NCBI GenBank assembly: GCA_964639055.1 | Contig: CAZXBY010000001.1 | Coordinates: forward strand, 1 to 24,921 | Direction: 5' to 3' | Source: Candidatus Woesearchaeota archaeon | Lineage (GTDB): Archaea; Nanobdellota; Nanobdellia; Pacearchaeales; GW2011-AR1 | DNA length: 24,921 bases | Shown here: piece after piece, positions 1-8,440 of the stretch | Position numbering within the stretch: position 1 is the first letter of the stretch | Layout: each line of letters starts with the position of its first letter | The notes under the pieces: generated by a model | The model's input: only the letters and a program-made list of their open reading frames with translations | The model's database searches: none | Told to the model about the DNA's origin: nothing | Position numbers and translations under genes: made by a program

Positions 1-1
1 C

Positions 2-1042
2 ATTAGATTAAAATATCGTTTTTTAGACCTAAGACGAGAGCAAATGCAGAAAAATTTTGCATTAAGGTCAAAAGCTGCTAATGTTATAAGAAATTATTTA
101 GTAAGCCAAGAATTTACTGAAATAGATACACCACTACTCGTTAAATCTACTCCTGAAGGAGCACGAGACTATATAGTTCCAAGTAGAGTTAATCCAGGAG
201 ATTTTTATGCTCTTCCACAAAGTCCGCAATTATATAAACAAATATTAATGGTTTCAGGATTTGACAGATATTTTCAATTAGCTAAATGCTTAAGAGATGA
301 AGATTTACGTGCAGATAGACAACCAGAACATACTCAAATAGATATGGAGATGAGTTTCGTAGAAAGTAAAGACATTATGGAAACAGTAGAAAAGATGATA
401 AAACATTTATTCAAGGAGTGTTTAGATGTTGAACTCTCAGACTTTCAAATATTAACACATGAAGAATCTTTTGAAAAATATGGAACAGATAAACCAGATT
501 TAAGAAAAAATAAAGAAGATCCAAAAGAATTCGCATTTTGCTGGGTAGTAGATTTTCCGTTGTTTTCGCATGATGAAGAAACAAAAACATGGGCACCAGA
601 GCATCATATATTTTCTTCACCAAAAAAAGAACATATAGAGTTTTTAGAAACAAACCCTGAAAAAGTAAAAGGTGATCTGTTTGATTTAGTATTAAATGGT
701 ACTGAAATGGCTTCAGGAAGTATTCGTATAAGTAATCCACAATTACAAGAAAGAGTAATGAAAGTAATCGGAATGACACAAGAAGAAGCACGAACAAAAT
801 TCGGCTTTTTACTTAACGCTTATGACTATGGTGGACCAGTTCATGGTGGAATAGGAATAGGCTTTGACAGGTTAGTCGCCTTAATGTTAGGAACAAATGA
901 TATAAGAGAAGTAATCGCTTTTCCAAAAAACAAAGCCGCTCAATGCCCAATGGACGATTCGCCAAGTCCAATCACAAAAGAGCAATTAAAAGAAGCTAAT
1001 ATTAAGTTAGACCTTCCAAAAGAAAAAATTAAAACAAAATAA
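2..1042 (+). CDS. aspS: Aspartyl-tRNA synthetase, bacterial-type catalytic domain lacking the GAD insertion; 5' partial
   Basis: The frame is open from base 2 (IRLKYRFLDLRR, a canonical AspRS motif) upstream of ATG 44. Also present: motif 1 region (EIDTPLLVKSTPEGARDY), motif 2 (RDEDLRADRQPEHTQIDMEMSF) and motif 3 (HGGIGIGFDRL). Confidence 0.97.
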   Translation: MRLKYRFLDLRREQMQKNFALRSKAANVIRNYLVSQEFTEIDTPLLVKSTPEGARDYIVPSRVNPGDFYALPQSPQLYKQILMVSGFDRYFQLAKCLRDEDLRADRQPEHTQIDMEMSFVESKDIMETVEKMIKHLFKECLDVELSDFQILTHEESFEKYGTDKPDLRKNKEDPKEFAFCWVVDFPLFSHDEETKTWAPEHHIFSSPKKEHIEFLETNPEKVKGDLFDLVLNGTEMASGSIRISNPQLQERVMKVIGMTQEEARTKFGFLLNAYDYGGPVHGGIGIGFDRLVALMLGTNDIREVIAFPKNKAAQCPMDDSPSPITKEQLKEANIKLDLPKEKIKTK

Positions 1043-1060
1043 TTTCTATTAAACCATATA

Positions 1061-1072
1061 AAAGTTTTAATA
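1061..1072 (+). promoter_or_regulatory. BRE/TATA-like box for leaderless transcript of ORF 1095
   Basis: AAAGTTTTAATA ends 22 nt before ATG 1095, the same spacing seen for most transcription-unit-leading genes in this window. Confidence 0.55.
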
Positions 1073-1094
1073 TACTTATTATTCATAAAAATCT

Positions 1095-1271
1095 ATGGAA
1101 GATGAAGGTAAAGAAAGACGAAGACAATGCGATAATGATTGTGTACACTATAGAATTGATACAAGAAATGGCGATTATTGTGAGATGGGTAACCCAAGCG
1201 CATTTGTGAATTTACGAAAAGTATGTATTGATTATACGCCAAAAACAATAGCTGAAAAAGTTTTAGAATAA
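1095..1271 (+). CDS. 58-aa Cys-rich small protein (below the ORF-track cutoff)
   Basis: MEDEGKERRRQCDNDCVHYRIDTRNGDYCEMGNPSAFVNLRKVCIDYTPKTIAEKVLE*. It fills the aspS-gatC gap, has its own TATA box at the standard spacing and shows a CxxxCxH...C...C pattern. Confidence 0.7.
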   Translation: MEDEGKERRRQCDNDCVHYRIDTRNGDYCEMGNPSAFVNLRKVCIDYTPKTIAEKVLE

Positions 1272-1315
1272 TTTCTTCCCCAAAATCTTATAAAATATCA
1301 ATTCCTTTTCTTTTT

Positions 1316-1588
1316 ATGGCAAATGATTTTACATGGCACGAAGTAACAGAAACTGAGAAAAAAGAAATCCAAAAAGATGCTAAAAAACTCTTAAATGAAT
1401 TTTCAACGAAATTGTCATCAATAGAGGGTATTGAAGAGCACTTTGTCTCATCTGTCTCAAAAAATGGTCAAAGAGAAGAAGGTGAGCCATGGAAAACAGA
1501 ACCCGATTTTAGAGATTTAATGTTTTTGAATGCTCCGTTTGTAGAAGACGAATTCATAACAGCAGAAAAAGGGAGCTGGAGAAAATGA
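1316..1588 (+). CDS. gatC: Probable Asp-tRNA(Asn)/Glu-tRNA(Gln) amidotransferase subunit C (divergent)
   Basis: Size is 90 aa; helical N-terminus (KKLLNEFSTKLSSI), then REEGE...FRDLMFLNAP..EDEFITAEK resembling the GatC C-terminus. It lies between aspS and gatA, and a TATA box (1282-1294) is 21 nt upstream. Confidence 0.75.
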   Translation: MANDFTWHEVTETEKKEIQKDAKKLLNEFSTKLSSIEGIEEHFVSSVSKNGQREEGEPWKTEPDFRDLMFLNAPFVEDEFITAEKGSWRK

Positions 1589-2196
1589 TTGACGAACAAG
1601 AATTAAAACTAAAAGAATTAGATAGGCAATTGGCAAACATACTTGAAGAAAGATTAAAATTGGTTAGGCAAATGGACGACTATGGCTTAATGAATGAAGA
1701 AAAATTTAAAACTAAGCTTGAAGGAAAAGCTACAACCTTAATATTGAACAGTATTTTCAAAGAATTTGAAAAGAAAATTGCAAAACTAAATATCAAATCT
1801 ATTGTGGCAGCAGGACCGGTCATTATTGAAGATGGGAAACTTCTAGTTAATAAAGATTTGAAAGACGATTTTTATAAAATACCAGGTGGAACTATCGAGC
1901 CTGACACTGAGGACCTAGAAGAAGCGTGTTATCGAGAAGCAAGAGAAGAGAACAATGCAAAAATAGAAATCATTAAACCTTTACACCCCATGATAGTATG
2001 GAAAAATCCACAAACTAATGAAAAAATGGGAATTCTTTTAATACATTATCTTGCAAAATTAAAAAACCCTGACGAAATAAAAGCAATTAGTCCAGTTCAA
2101 GAGGTTAGATGGCTGGATATTGAAGAAATAAAGCAAAATAAACATAAAGTTGCTCCAAACATTAAATTCCTGATTGAAAAAGGGGACATTAAATAA
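1585..2196 (+). CDS. Degenerate chorismate-mutase (AroQ)-like helical domain fused to a NUDIX hydrolase
   Basis: The N-terminus KELDRQLANILEERLKL matches the AroQ first helix. The C-terminal Nudix box is PGGTIEPDTEDLEEACYREAREE. ATGA overlap with gatC. Confidence 0.75.
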   Translation: MIDEQELKLKELDRQLANILEERLKLVRQMDDYGLMNEEKFKTKLEGKATTLILNSIFKEFEKKIAKLNIKSIVAAGPVIIEDGKLLVNKDLKDDFYKIPGGTIEPDTEDLEEACYREAREENNAKIEIIKPLHPMIVWKNPQTNEKMGILLIHYLAKLKNPDEIKAISPVQEVRWLDIEEIKQNKHKVAPNIKFLIEKGDIK

Positions 2197-2198
2197 AA

Positions 2199-2453
2199 AT
2201 GGAACTGCTTAATTTAAGAGAACAAATCTCAGAAATAGACAGAAAAGTTCTAGAGCAATTGGAAGAACGAATGCGTATCTCTAAAGACATATCAAAAGTT
2301 AAAAAAGAAACTAATCTTCCTATAGAAGATAAAAAAAGAGAGGAAGAATTAATATTAAACAGACAATCGTATACTTCTATAAACAAAGAATTTGTTGAAG
2401 ATTTATTCAAATTAATAATTAAAGAATCAAAGAGAATCCAAAATGACAATTAA
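2199..2453 (+). CDS. Chorismate mutase, AroQ (type II) monofunctional
   Basis: R7, R24, K35, D44, R47, E48, S77 and Q81 correspond to E. coli CM catalytic residues R11, R28, K39, D48, R51, E52, S84 and Q88, with identical spacing across the first six. Confidence 0.88.
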   Translation: MELLNLREQISEIDRKVLEQLEERMRISKDISKVKKETNLPIEDKKREEELILNRQSYTSINKEFVEDLFKLIIKESKRIQNDN

Positions 2454-3774
2454 ATCAAAAGTAAAACAAATCAAATCAGGAAAACAGACAGCTTTGAATA
2501 ATCTCTTAGCCTTTTCAAAAAAAATAGCAACTCCAGGAACAAAAGACCTAAACATTTTTCTTAATTTAAATGAGAATGCGATAGAACAAGCAAAAAATAT
2601 TGATCAAAGAATAAAAAAAGGTGAAGAAGTTGGAAAATTAGCCGGAATTTGTTTTGCATTAAAATCAAATATTTCATACAAGGGAATTGAAACAAATTGT
2701 GCCTCAAAAGTCTTAGAAGGTTATGTCTCAGCATATAATGCAACTGTTGTAAACAAATTATTAACTGAAGACGCAATATTTTTAGGGATGACAAATATGG
2801 ACGAATTTGCTTGTGGCGCATCAGGAGAAACATCGGCCTTTGGACCAACAAAGAATCCAACCAACCCAGAATTAATCACCGGTGGTTCTTCATCCGGACC
2901 AGCAGCAGCGGTAGCAGCAGATCTCTGTGACTTTTCGCTAGGTTCAGATACAGGAGGCTCGATTAGAAATCCTGCATCACATTGTGGTGTAACCGGATTA
3001 AAACCATCATATGGCAAGGTTTCAAGATATGGTTTAATCGATATGTGTATGAGTTTTGATTGCATCGGGCCCTTAGCAAGAACAGTAGAAGATTGTAAAT
3101 TAGTACTAAGCGTAATAGAAGGTCAAGATCATTTTGATACAACAACAACGGAAGAAAAATATACTTCAAAATCCAAAGGCACAATAGGCCTAGTAAATGT
3201 TGAAAGCTTTGCAACTCCAGAAATTAAATCTAAAATAGAAACAAAAGTAAAAGAAGTTTCCAAAAAGAATAATTGGAAAATAAAAAAAATTACTCTTCCC
3301 TTAGATATTGCCCTAGAAACATATTATATTTTAGTATACACAGAATTTTTTTCAGGCACACGAAAGTTTGATGGTAGAAGATATGGAAAACTAATTGACC
3401 AAGCAGGCGGCCCCGAAGTACAACGAAGAATAATTGGAGGAAGCGAAATAACAAAAGCTGAGTTCGAAGGAAGGTATTATAGAGAAGCATTAAAAGCAAG
3501 GAATTTTATGAAAAAAGAATTTGAAAAAATATTTTCAAAATGTGATGCGATAATCTTGCCAACAGTTCCGAAATTAGCTCACAAAATAGGAGAAAAAATA
3601 ACACCAAAAGAAATGTATTCTTATGATGTATTCACAGTTCTAGCAAATATAGCGCAAATTCCAGCAATCTCAATTCCGATAGGAGAAATAGAGAGTAAAC
3701 AAGTGGGAATTCAATTAATGGCGCCAAGATTCAATGATGAGTTGCTCTTTAAATTAGGAAAAGATTTTGAATAA
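2443..3774 (+). CDS. gatA: Glutamyl/aspartyl-tRNA amidotransferase subunit A (amidase signature family)
   Basis: Amidase triad: ALKSNI (Lys), GGSSSG (cis-Ser) and GSDTGGSIRNPASHCG (Ser). Also TNMDEFA, GLKPSYGKVSRYGL and EVQRRIIGG. Confidence 0.95.
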   Translation: MTIKSKVKQIKSGKQTALNNLLAFSKKIATPGTKDLNIFLNLNENAIEQAKNIDQRIKKGEEVGKLAGICFALKSNISYKGIETNCASKVLEGYVSAYNATVVNKLLTEDAIFLGMTNMDEFACGASGETSAFGPTKNPTNPELITGGSSSGPAAAVAADLCDFSLGSDTGGSIRNPASHCGVTGLKPSYGKVSRYGLIDMCMSFDCIGPLARTVEDCKLVLSVIEGQDHFDTTTTEEKYTSKSKGTIGLVNVESFATPEIKSKIETKVKEVSKKNNWKIKKITLPLDIALETYYILVYTEFFSGTRKFDGRRYGKLIDQAGGPEVQRRIIGGSEITKAEFEGRYYREALKARNFMKKEFEKIFSKCDAIILPTVPKLAHKIGEKITPKEMYSYDVFTVLANIAQIPAISIPIGEIESKQVGIQLMAPRFNDELLFKLGKDFE

Positions 3775-3830
3775 TTTTATTTTTCTTAGTATCCCATAAC
3801 CCTTAAAACCTCTAATACTTTCACTTACAT

Positions 3831-4829
3831 ATGCCATCAGTAACAAAAGAACAAGCAAAAGAATTTTTAAACAAAATCTCGTCTAAAGATAATGTCTTAA
3901 TAATCCATCATGATGACCTAGATGGTTTTTCTTCAGGAGTATTGTTTCGAGAATTTGTAGAAAATAAAGGTGCAGAAGTAAAAAATGTCATTTTTACGAT
4001 AGGCTCTTCCCAAGAAAATGTGATAAAACAAACAAAAAAGTCCAATAAAATATTAATAGCAGATTTAGGGCCCGGAACTATTCCTAAAATATTAGAAGCA
4101 ATTAAACACAAACAAGTTTTTTATACAGATCATCATCAAATAGAAAAACCGATTCCAAAAGAAATTCTAGAATTAAGAACAATAAAAGAAGGATATGTCC
4201 CCTCATCACGAACAGTGTATGAACTTTGTGCTGGAAAAGAATGGCTGGCAATTGCAGGAACTTTATCCGATGCAGGTCATTTACATGATGCAAATAAAGA
4301 ATTTATTAAAAACTTTCTTGAAAAAAATAAAATAACACAAAAAAAATACCTAGAACAAGTGGTATTTACAATAAACAAAATGTTAGTTTACTTTAATCAA
4401 AGACCGAAAAAGGCTCTATATAAATTGTTAAAACTAAAACAATACACAGACGCAAAAGCTCTTAAAAAATTTGCAAGACCAATAGAAAAAGAAATTCAAA
4501 AATATATAAAGGGATATAAGGATAATCATGAGCAAATAGGAAAAATAAAATTTTATTATTTCGACCCAAAATATCCGATAAAGTCTACAGTTACTTCCCA
4601 GCTCGGTTTTATGAACAAGAACGACCAATTCATTTTCGCAACCCCAGACAAAGACATGATTCGTCTAAGCGCACGAAGCCAAAACAAAAATGCCAATATG
4701 ATAACTGCTCTAAAAACAGGCATTAAGGGGTTAGAAAACGCAACATGCGGTGGCCACATACCAGCTGCAGGTGGACAAATAGATAAAAAAGACTTGAAAC
4801 AATTTAGAGAAAATCTAAAAAATTACTAG
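3831..4829 (+). CDS. DHH/DHHA1 family phosphoesterase (RecJ/NrnA-like)
   Basis: Motifs HHDDLDG, IADLG, TDHHQ, GTLSD and the DHHA1 GGHIPAAG. A TATA-like CCCTTAAAA lies 22 nt upstream. Confidence 0.92.
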   Translation: MPSVTKEQAKEFLNKISSKDNVLIIHHDDLDGFSSGVLFREFVENKGAEVKNVIFTIGSSQENVIKQTKKSNKILIADLGPGTIPKILEAIKHKQVFYTDHHQIEKPIPKEILELRTIKEGYVPSSRTVYELCAGKEWLAIAGTLSDAGHLHDANKEFIKNFLEKNKITQKKYLEQVVFTINKMLVYFNQRPKKALYKLLKLKQYTDAKALKKFARPIEKEIQKYIKGYKDNHEQIGKIKFYYFDPKYPIKSTVTSQLGFMNKNDQFIFATPDKDMIRLSARSQNKNANMITALKTGIKGLENATCGGHIPAAGGQIDKKDLKQFRENLKNY

Positions 4830-4884
4830 GACATATATATTCTACCCTTTATATTTTTAAAAAAACATCTTACTTTTTCAATCA

Positions 4885-6129
4885 ATGAGAGGTTCATATT
4901 CTACTCCTAATAATATGCCCCTCAAATATACTATTCCTGAGCATACGTTAAAATTTATATATCGATCAGGAAGAAATTCTCCAAGAAATTTCCCACTTGT
5001 TGTTGATGATCGTGTAAAAGAAGGTCTCCTTGTCCAGTCTCTTCTTGGTAACATACGGGCGGGCCACTTAACCAATACTCCCGCTCTCCCCGAAACAACA
5101 TTCGAAGAAGTTTGCGATTTATTAAGCAAAAGTTCTTACAGGATAAAACAAAAAAGAGAAAATCAAGTTTACGGGTTTAGGCAATGTTTTCACAAACTGC
5201 TTGAAGGCGACACTAACTGCCTAGTAAACGAAAACGGCTTTCCAATTTACGGTGTTAACTTTCTTAAAAGGTATCAAATAACTAACATAGAAGCGGCTCT
5301 TAAAGGCGCGGTTCTCTTGGGCCTCCATGATTCATCCGAATGGCGACAGCTAACAATGGAGCATTTCGGCACCGTTTTAAACGGCAATGTAGACATAAAT
5401 ATTGGGCATGGCCACGAATTCTTAATCTCTCGTAAACAATTGTACAAAAACGGAGGTTCAATTAGTAATCTTGAAAATGAAGCACACAAAGCCTGGGAAA
5501 TAGACAGGTATAGAGATCTCGGAGTAATAGTAAACGAACCAAATGAGGAAGCTACAGTCCAATATATAAGATCTAGTAAAGGTTTTGGAACATGCGACGA
5601 CGCTTCTCTATTAACTATAGGAAAAATCTACGGTCCAGACGCTTTCGTGATGGGCTTTTTAATGGATGCAACAGACACTTATGAAAAACATATAATTAAT
5701 CCAGTCGAAGGTGGCATAGACGAACAATACGCTAGGGAGATTCAGAGCAAATGGAAAGAAAAACATGGTAAAGATCTATTAACACCAGAAGAAATAATGA
5801 GAGTAATCTACCTTGGCGCAAAAAGTAACTCTTTTTTTCTCCCATTCTCAAGTTCACACAGAAGATTAGTCGAACGACCACAAAGAAAGAAAAAGCGTCC
5901 TTCCAGAAATGAACCTAAAAAACTAAGAAATTTCTTAATAAAAGAAGCACAAAATGGTCCAGAGCTATCCTCCCAGTCAACGGTTGAGAATCATATAAGG
6001 TTTTTAAAACAAGGATTCAGATTTCCCTGTAATCTCGGTTTCGATAGATTTCCTAGCATCAAATTCTATGAAGTAATGGAAAAGCGCTGGGAAATGTACG
6101 AAAAACGTTTCCAGACTCATTGTTTCTAG
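4885..6129 (+). CDS. Hypothetical protein, 414 aa, unknown function
   Basis: Long ORF with TATA-like ATATTTTTAAAA (4851-4862) 22 nt before the ATG. No family recognised. Confidence 0.85.
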   Translation: MRGSYSTPNNMPLKYTIPEHTLKFIYRSGRNSPRNFPLVVDDRVKEGLLVQSLLGNIRAGHLTNTPALPETTFEEVCDLLSKSSYRIKQKRENQVYGFRQCFHKLLEGDTNCLVNENGFPIYGVNFLKRYQITNIEAALKGAVLLGLHDSSEWRQLTMEHFGTVLNGNVDINIGHGHEFLISRKQLYKNGGSISNLENEAHKAWEIDRYRDLGVIVNEPNEEATVQYIRSSKGFGTCDDASLLTIGKIYGPDAFVMGFLMDATDTYEKHIINPVEGGIDEQYAREIQSKWKEKHGKDLLTPEEIMRVIYLGAKSNSFFLPFSSSHRRLVERPQRKKKRPSRNEPKKLRNFLIKEAQNGPELSSQSTVENHIRFLKQGFRFPCNLGFDRFPSIKFYEVMEKRWEMYEKRFQTHCF

Positions 6130-6250
6130 TAGGATATAAAGCGAATGTTTCAATTGCAAGTTAAACAGGCCTCATGTTTTCTCCTATATAAAAATACATA
6201 TATATTTTTAAACAAAAACACCCCTCTATTTACATATTTTAATAATTTGA

Positions 6251-6258
6251 AAGGAGGT
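6251..6258 (+). promoter_or_regulatory. Shine-Dalgarno site of ftsZ
   Basis: AAGGAGGT 11 nt before ATG 6270, with a TATA-like box at about 6202-6213 implying a short leader. Confidence 0.7.
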
Positions 6259-6269
6259 AAAAAAGAGAA

Positions 6270-7349
6270 ATGCCATTAGATTTTACAAAAGAAGCAATCG
6301 AAACCGCTGAAGCAAATAGTATTAACTTTAACGAACTTCGTGCTGGTAAAGCTAACATAAAAGTATTCGGATGTGGTGGCTGTGGTTGTAACATGGCAAC
6401 ATGGTTATTCAACAAAGGTATCAACGGTGCAATAGTTTACGGACTAAATACAGACGCATTACACCTTTCAATCACCAAAACCGATGAAAAAATTTTAATA
6501 GGTAAAGAACTCACTCGTGGACTAGGTTGCGGAGGCTATCCTAAACGAGGTCGAGAAGCTGCAAAAGAATCTCTTACTGACCTGAAAAAAGCTGTTTCCA
6601 ATTCAGATATGGTTTTTGTTCTGGCTGGTATGGGAGGAGGAACTGGAACAGGTGCAATCCCTGTCGTAGCTCAACTCGCCAAAGATGCAGGAGCAGTCGT
6701 AATCGCCGTAGTCACAATGCCTTTCGAAGCTGAAAAAGCACGAATAGATAAAGCAGAGTTCGGCCTACAAGAGTTACGAGAATCGGTTGACACTGTGATT
6801 GTACTAGACAATAATCGTTTAGTAGACATAGCAGGTCAACTACCTATGGAACAAGCTTTCGCTGTCGCGAATGAATTAGTCTCAACAATGATTAAAGGAA
6901 TTGTAGAAACAATCACTTTACCATCATTAATTAATCTAGATTATGCCGATGTATCCTCAATAATGAAAAACGGAGATGTCGCTGTAATTGGAATAGGTGA
7001 AGACAATTCAAATGCTAAAGTTGATGCAGCCGTTCAACAAGCTCTAACACATCCATTATTAGATGTAGACTATAGAGGAGCCACAGGTGCATTAATTCAT
7101 GTAACCGCTGGACCCGATTTAAAATTAGAAGAGTTTGATAACATTGGTCGACTCGTAACCGAGAATTTATCACCAGAAGCGCAGGTAATAATCGGAGCTC
7201 GAGTAAATAAAGAATTTCAAGGACGAGTAAGAGTCATAACAATTATGACAGGAGTTAAATCTCCATATATTCTTGGAAAAAATCAACCAACGTTTAATGA
7301 AGAGCGACATGTTAGTATAAACGACCTAGGCCTAGACGATTTAGCCTAA
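6270..7349 (+). CDS. ftsZ: Cell division GTPase FtsZ (archaeal)
   Basis: GCGGCG T1 loop, NTD, TRGLGCGG, tubulin signature GMGGGTGTG and T7 loop NLDYADV. Confidence 0.97.
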   Translation: MPLDFTKEAIETAEANSINFNELRAGKANIKVFGCGGCGCNMATWLFNKGINGAIVYGLNTDALHLSITKTDEKILIGKELTRGLGCGGYPKRGREAAKESLTDLKKAVSNSDMVFVLAGMGGGTGTGAIPVVAQLAKDAGAVVIAVVTMPFEAEKARIDKAEFGLQELRESVDTVIVLDNNRLVDIAGQLPMEQAFAVANELVSTMIKGIVETITLPSLINLDYADVSSIMKNGDVAVIGIGEDNSNAKVDAAVQQALTHPLLDVDYRGATGALIHVTAGPDLKLEEFDNIGRLVTENLSPEAQVIIGARVNKEFQGRVRVITIMTGVKSPYILGKNQPTFNEERHVSINDLGLDDLA

Positions 7350-7355
7350 TTTTAT

Positions 7356-7386
7356 ACCCATTACTTTTTGGGTTTCTTTTTTTTTT
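7356..7386 (+). terminator. Hairpin plus T-run between convergent genes
   Basis: ACCCA-ttactttt-TGGGT followed by TTC and T10, starting 7 nt after the ftsZ stop. Confidence 0.55.
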
Positions 7387-7612
7387 ATTTTTTAATATAT
7401 TTTTCTTCACTATGGGAAGCAAGGAATCGATGTAATTCAGGAATATTACCTATGTCAAGTTCAACCACCTCACCCAACACACCTCTAGGATCATAAACAA
7501 CTTTCACTCTTCTAAAATTAATGGGCTTCCAATTAACATATCTTAATGGAAAAGCTGTAATATGTGGATGTCTTGGGAAAAACTCTATTCCCGGGAAACC
7601 AAAAACTTTCAT
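7385..7612 (-). CDS. Hypothetical protein, about 75 aa (MKVFGFPG...)
   Basis: The ORF track gives 7630, but ATG 7612 lies 2 nt after the stop of the upstream frameshifted ORF, which is an operon-like arrangement. Confidence 0.55.
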   Translation of the reverse strand: MKVFGFPGIEFFPRHPHITAFPLRYVNWKPINFRRVKVVYDPRGVLGEVVELDIGNIPELHRFLASHSEEKYIKK

Positions 7613-7614
7613 GA

Positions 7615-7825
7615 TTAAATCTCTTGGCATGTCATTATTGCTATTAACTCCTTCAGTCCATCCTCCAGCATCAACAGCTTCCTTGATCCACGAAAATCTA
7701 TACCCCCCCTATCTTCTTCAAGACCCTGCTCAACCCATTCCCTATGACAAAATATTTCGTCAAAGCCTTCATAGTGTTTGTATTCGTCAAGACTAACACT
7801 TCTAAAAATTGCGTCCCTTTATCAT
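7615..7825 (-). pseudogene. Small gene with a +1 frameshift in codons 2-4 (69 aa if one base is removed)
   Basis: ATG 7825 is 21 nt from a TATA box (7847-7860, AAAAGTTTTTTAAG on the minus strand). The frame closes after MIKGRNF, but removing one base from ATAAAGGG gives MI(K/R)DAIFRSVSLDEYKHYEGFDEIFCHREWVEQGLEEDRGGIDFRGSRKLLMLEDGLKELIAIMTCQEI*. Confidence 0.55.
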
Positions 7826-7867
7826 CCAAACGATATAAAAAACTCACTTAAAAAACTTTTTATTTAA

Positions 7868-8440
7868 CTAAGAGCTATCAGCACTAATTCGAGTTCTAGG
7901 TTCCATCAACTGATTTCCCCACTTATGAAAATAAACAAGGTTATCTAAATCAGCCTTTAAGGCTCTCTTAGTGGAAGAATGTGCTCCCTCAATTCCAATT
8001 GGGAAAAATGCTTCAATAACCATTTCTTCTGGAATTTTTAAAAGACTCTTAACCATATCTTCATAAAAATAACCAACCCAAGTAGTAGCAAGACCCTCTC
8101 CAGTCAATGCAAGTAAAAAATTCTCGATTGCTGCACCAGATTGTTGCGCTGTGAATCTTTCTCCTATCTCCCCATATAACTGAGTTAAAACAGAAGGATC
8201 ACTAACACAAACAACAACATAACTAACATCCTTGACATACGCTTGTTGCGAAGCCTCCGCCAATTGACTAATAACATCCTTATCACTAACAACAATAAAT
8301 TTTAAATTGTACTGATTTCCTGCTGCCGGAATAAACCGTGCCGCATCAATAGCCCGAAGAATTTTTCTCCAATCAGGTTTTTTGTCAAGACGAAATTTTT
8401 TAATACTTCTCCTCTTTTTAATCAACTCACTAAACTTCAT
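7868..8440 (-). CDS. Nitroreductase family flavoprotein
   Basis: RRSIKKF FMN-binding start, AARFIPAAGNQY, AAIENFLLALTGEGLATTWVG and FPIG. Confidence 0.93.
   Translation of the reverse strand: MKFSELIKKRRSIKKFRLDKKPDWRKILRAIDAARFIPAAGNQYNLKFIVVSDKDVISQLAEASQQAYVKDVSYVVVCVSDPSVLTQLYGEIGERFTAQQSGAAIENFLLALTGEGLATTWVGYFYEDMVKSLLKIPEEMVIEAFFPIGIEGAHSSTKRALKADLDNLVYFHKWGNQLMEPRTRISADSS

Noticed and set aside
5875-5915. Nuclear-localisation-like motif RPQRKKKRP in ORF 4885
   Set aside because: Basic runs are common in AT-rich genomes, and nothing else suggests a eukaryote-targeted effector.
7385-7772. Alternative repair: G7-to-G6 contraction fusing MKALTKYFVIG... to ORF 7630
   Set aside because: That ATG has no TATA box at standard spacing. 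The ATG 7825 model explains the promoter, the stop and the next start with one indel.
7521-7796. 91-aa + strand ORF from the track
   Set aside because: It is the antisense shadow of the minus-strand two-gene unit, which has the promoter and operon spacing.
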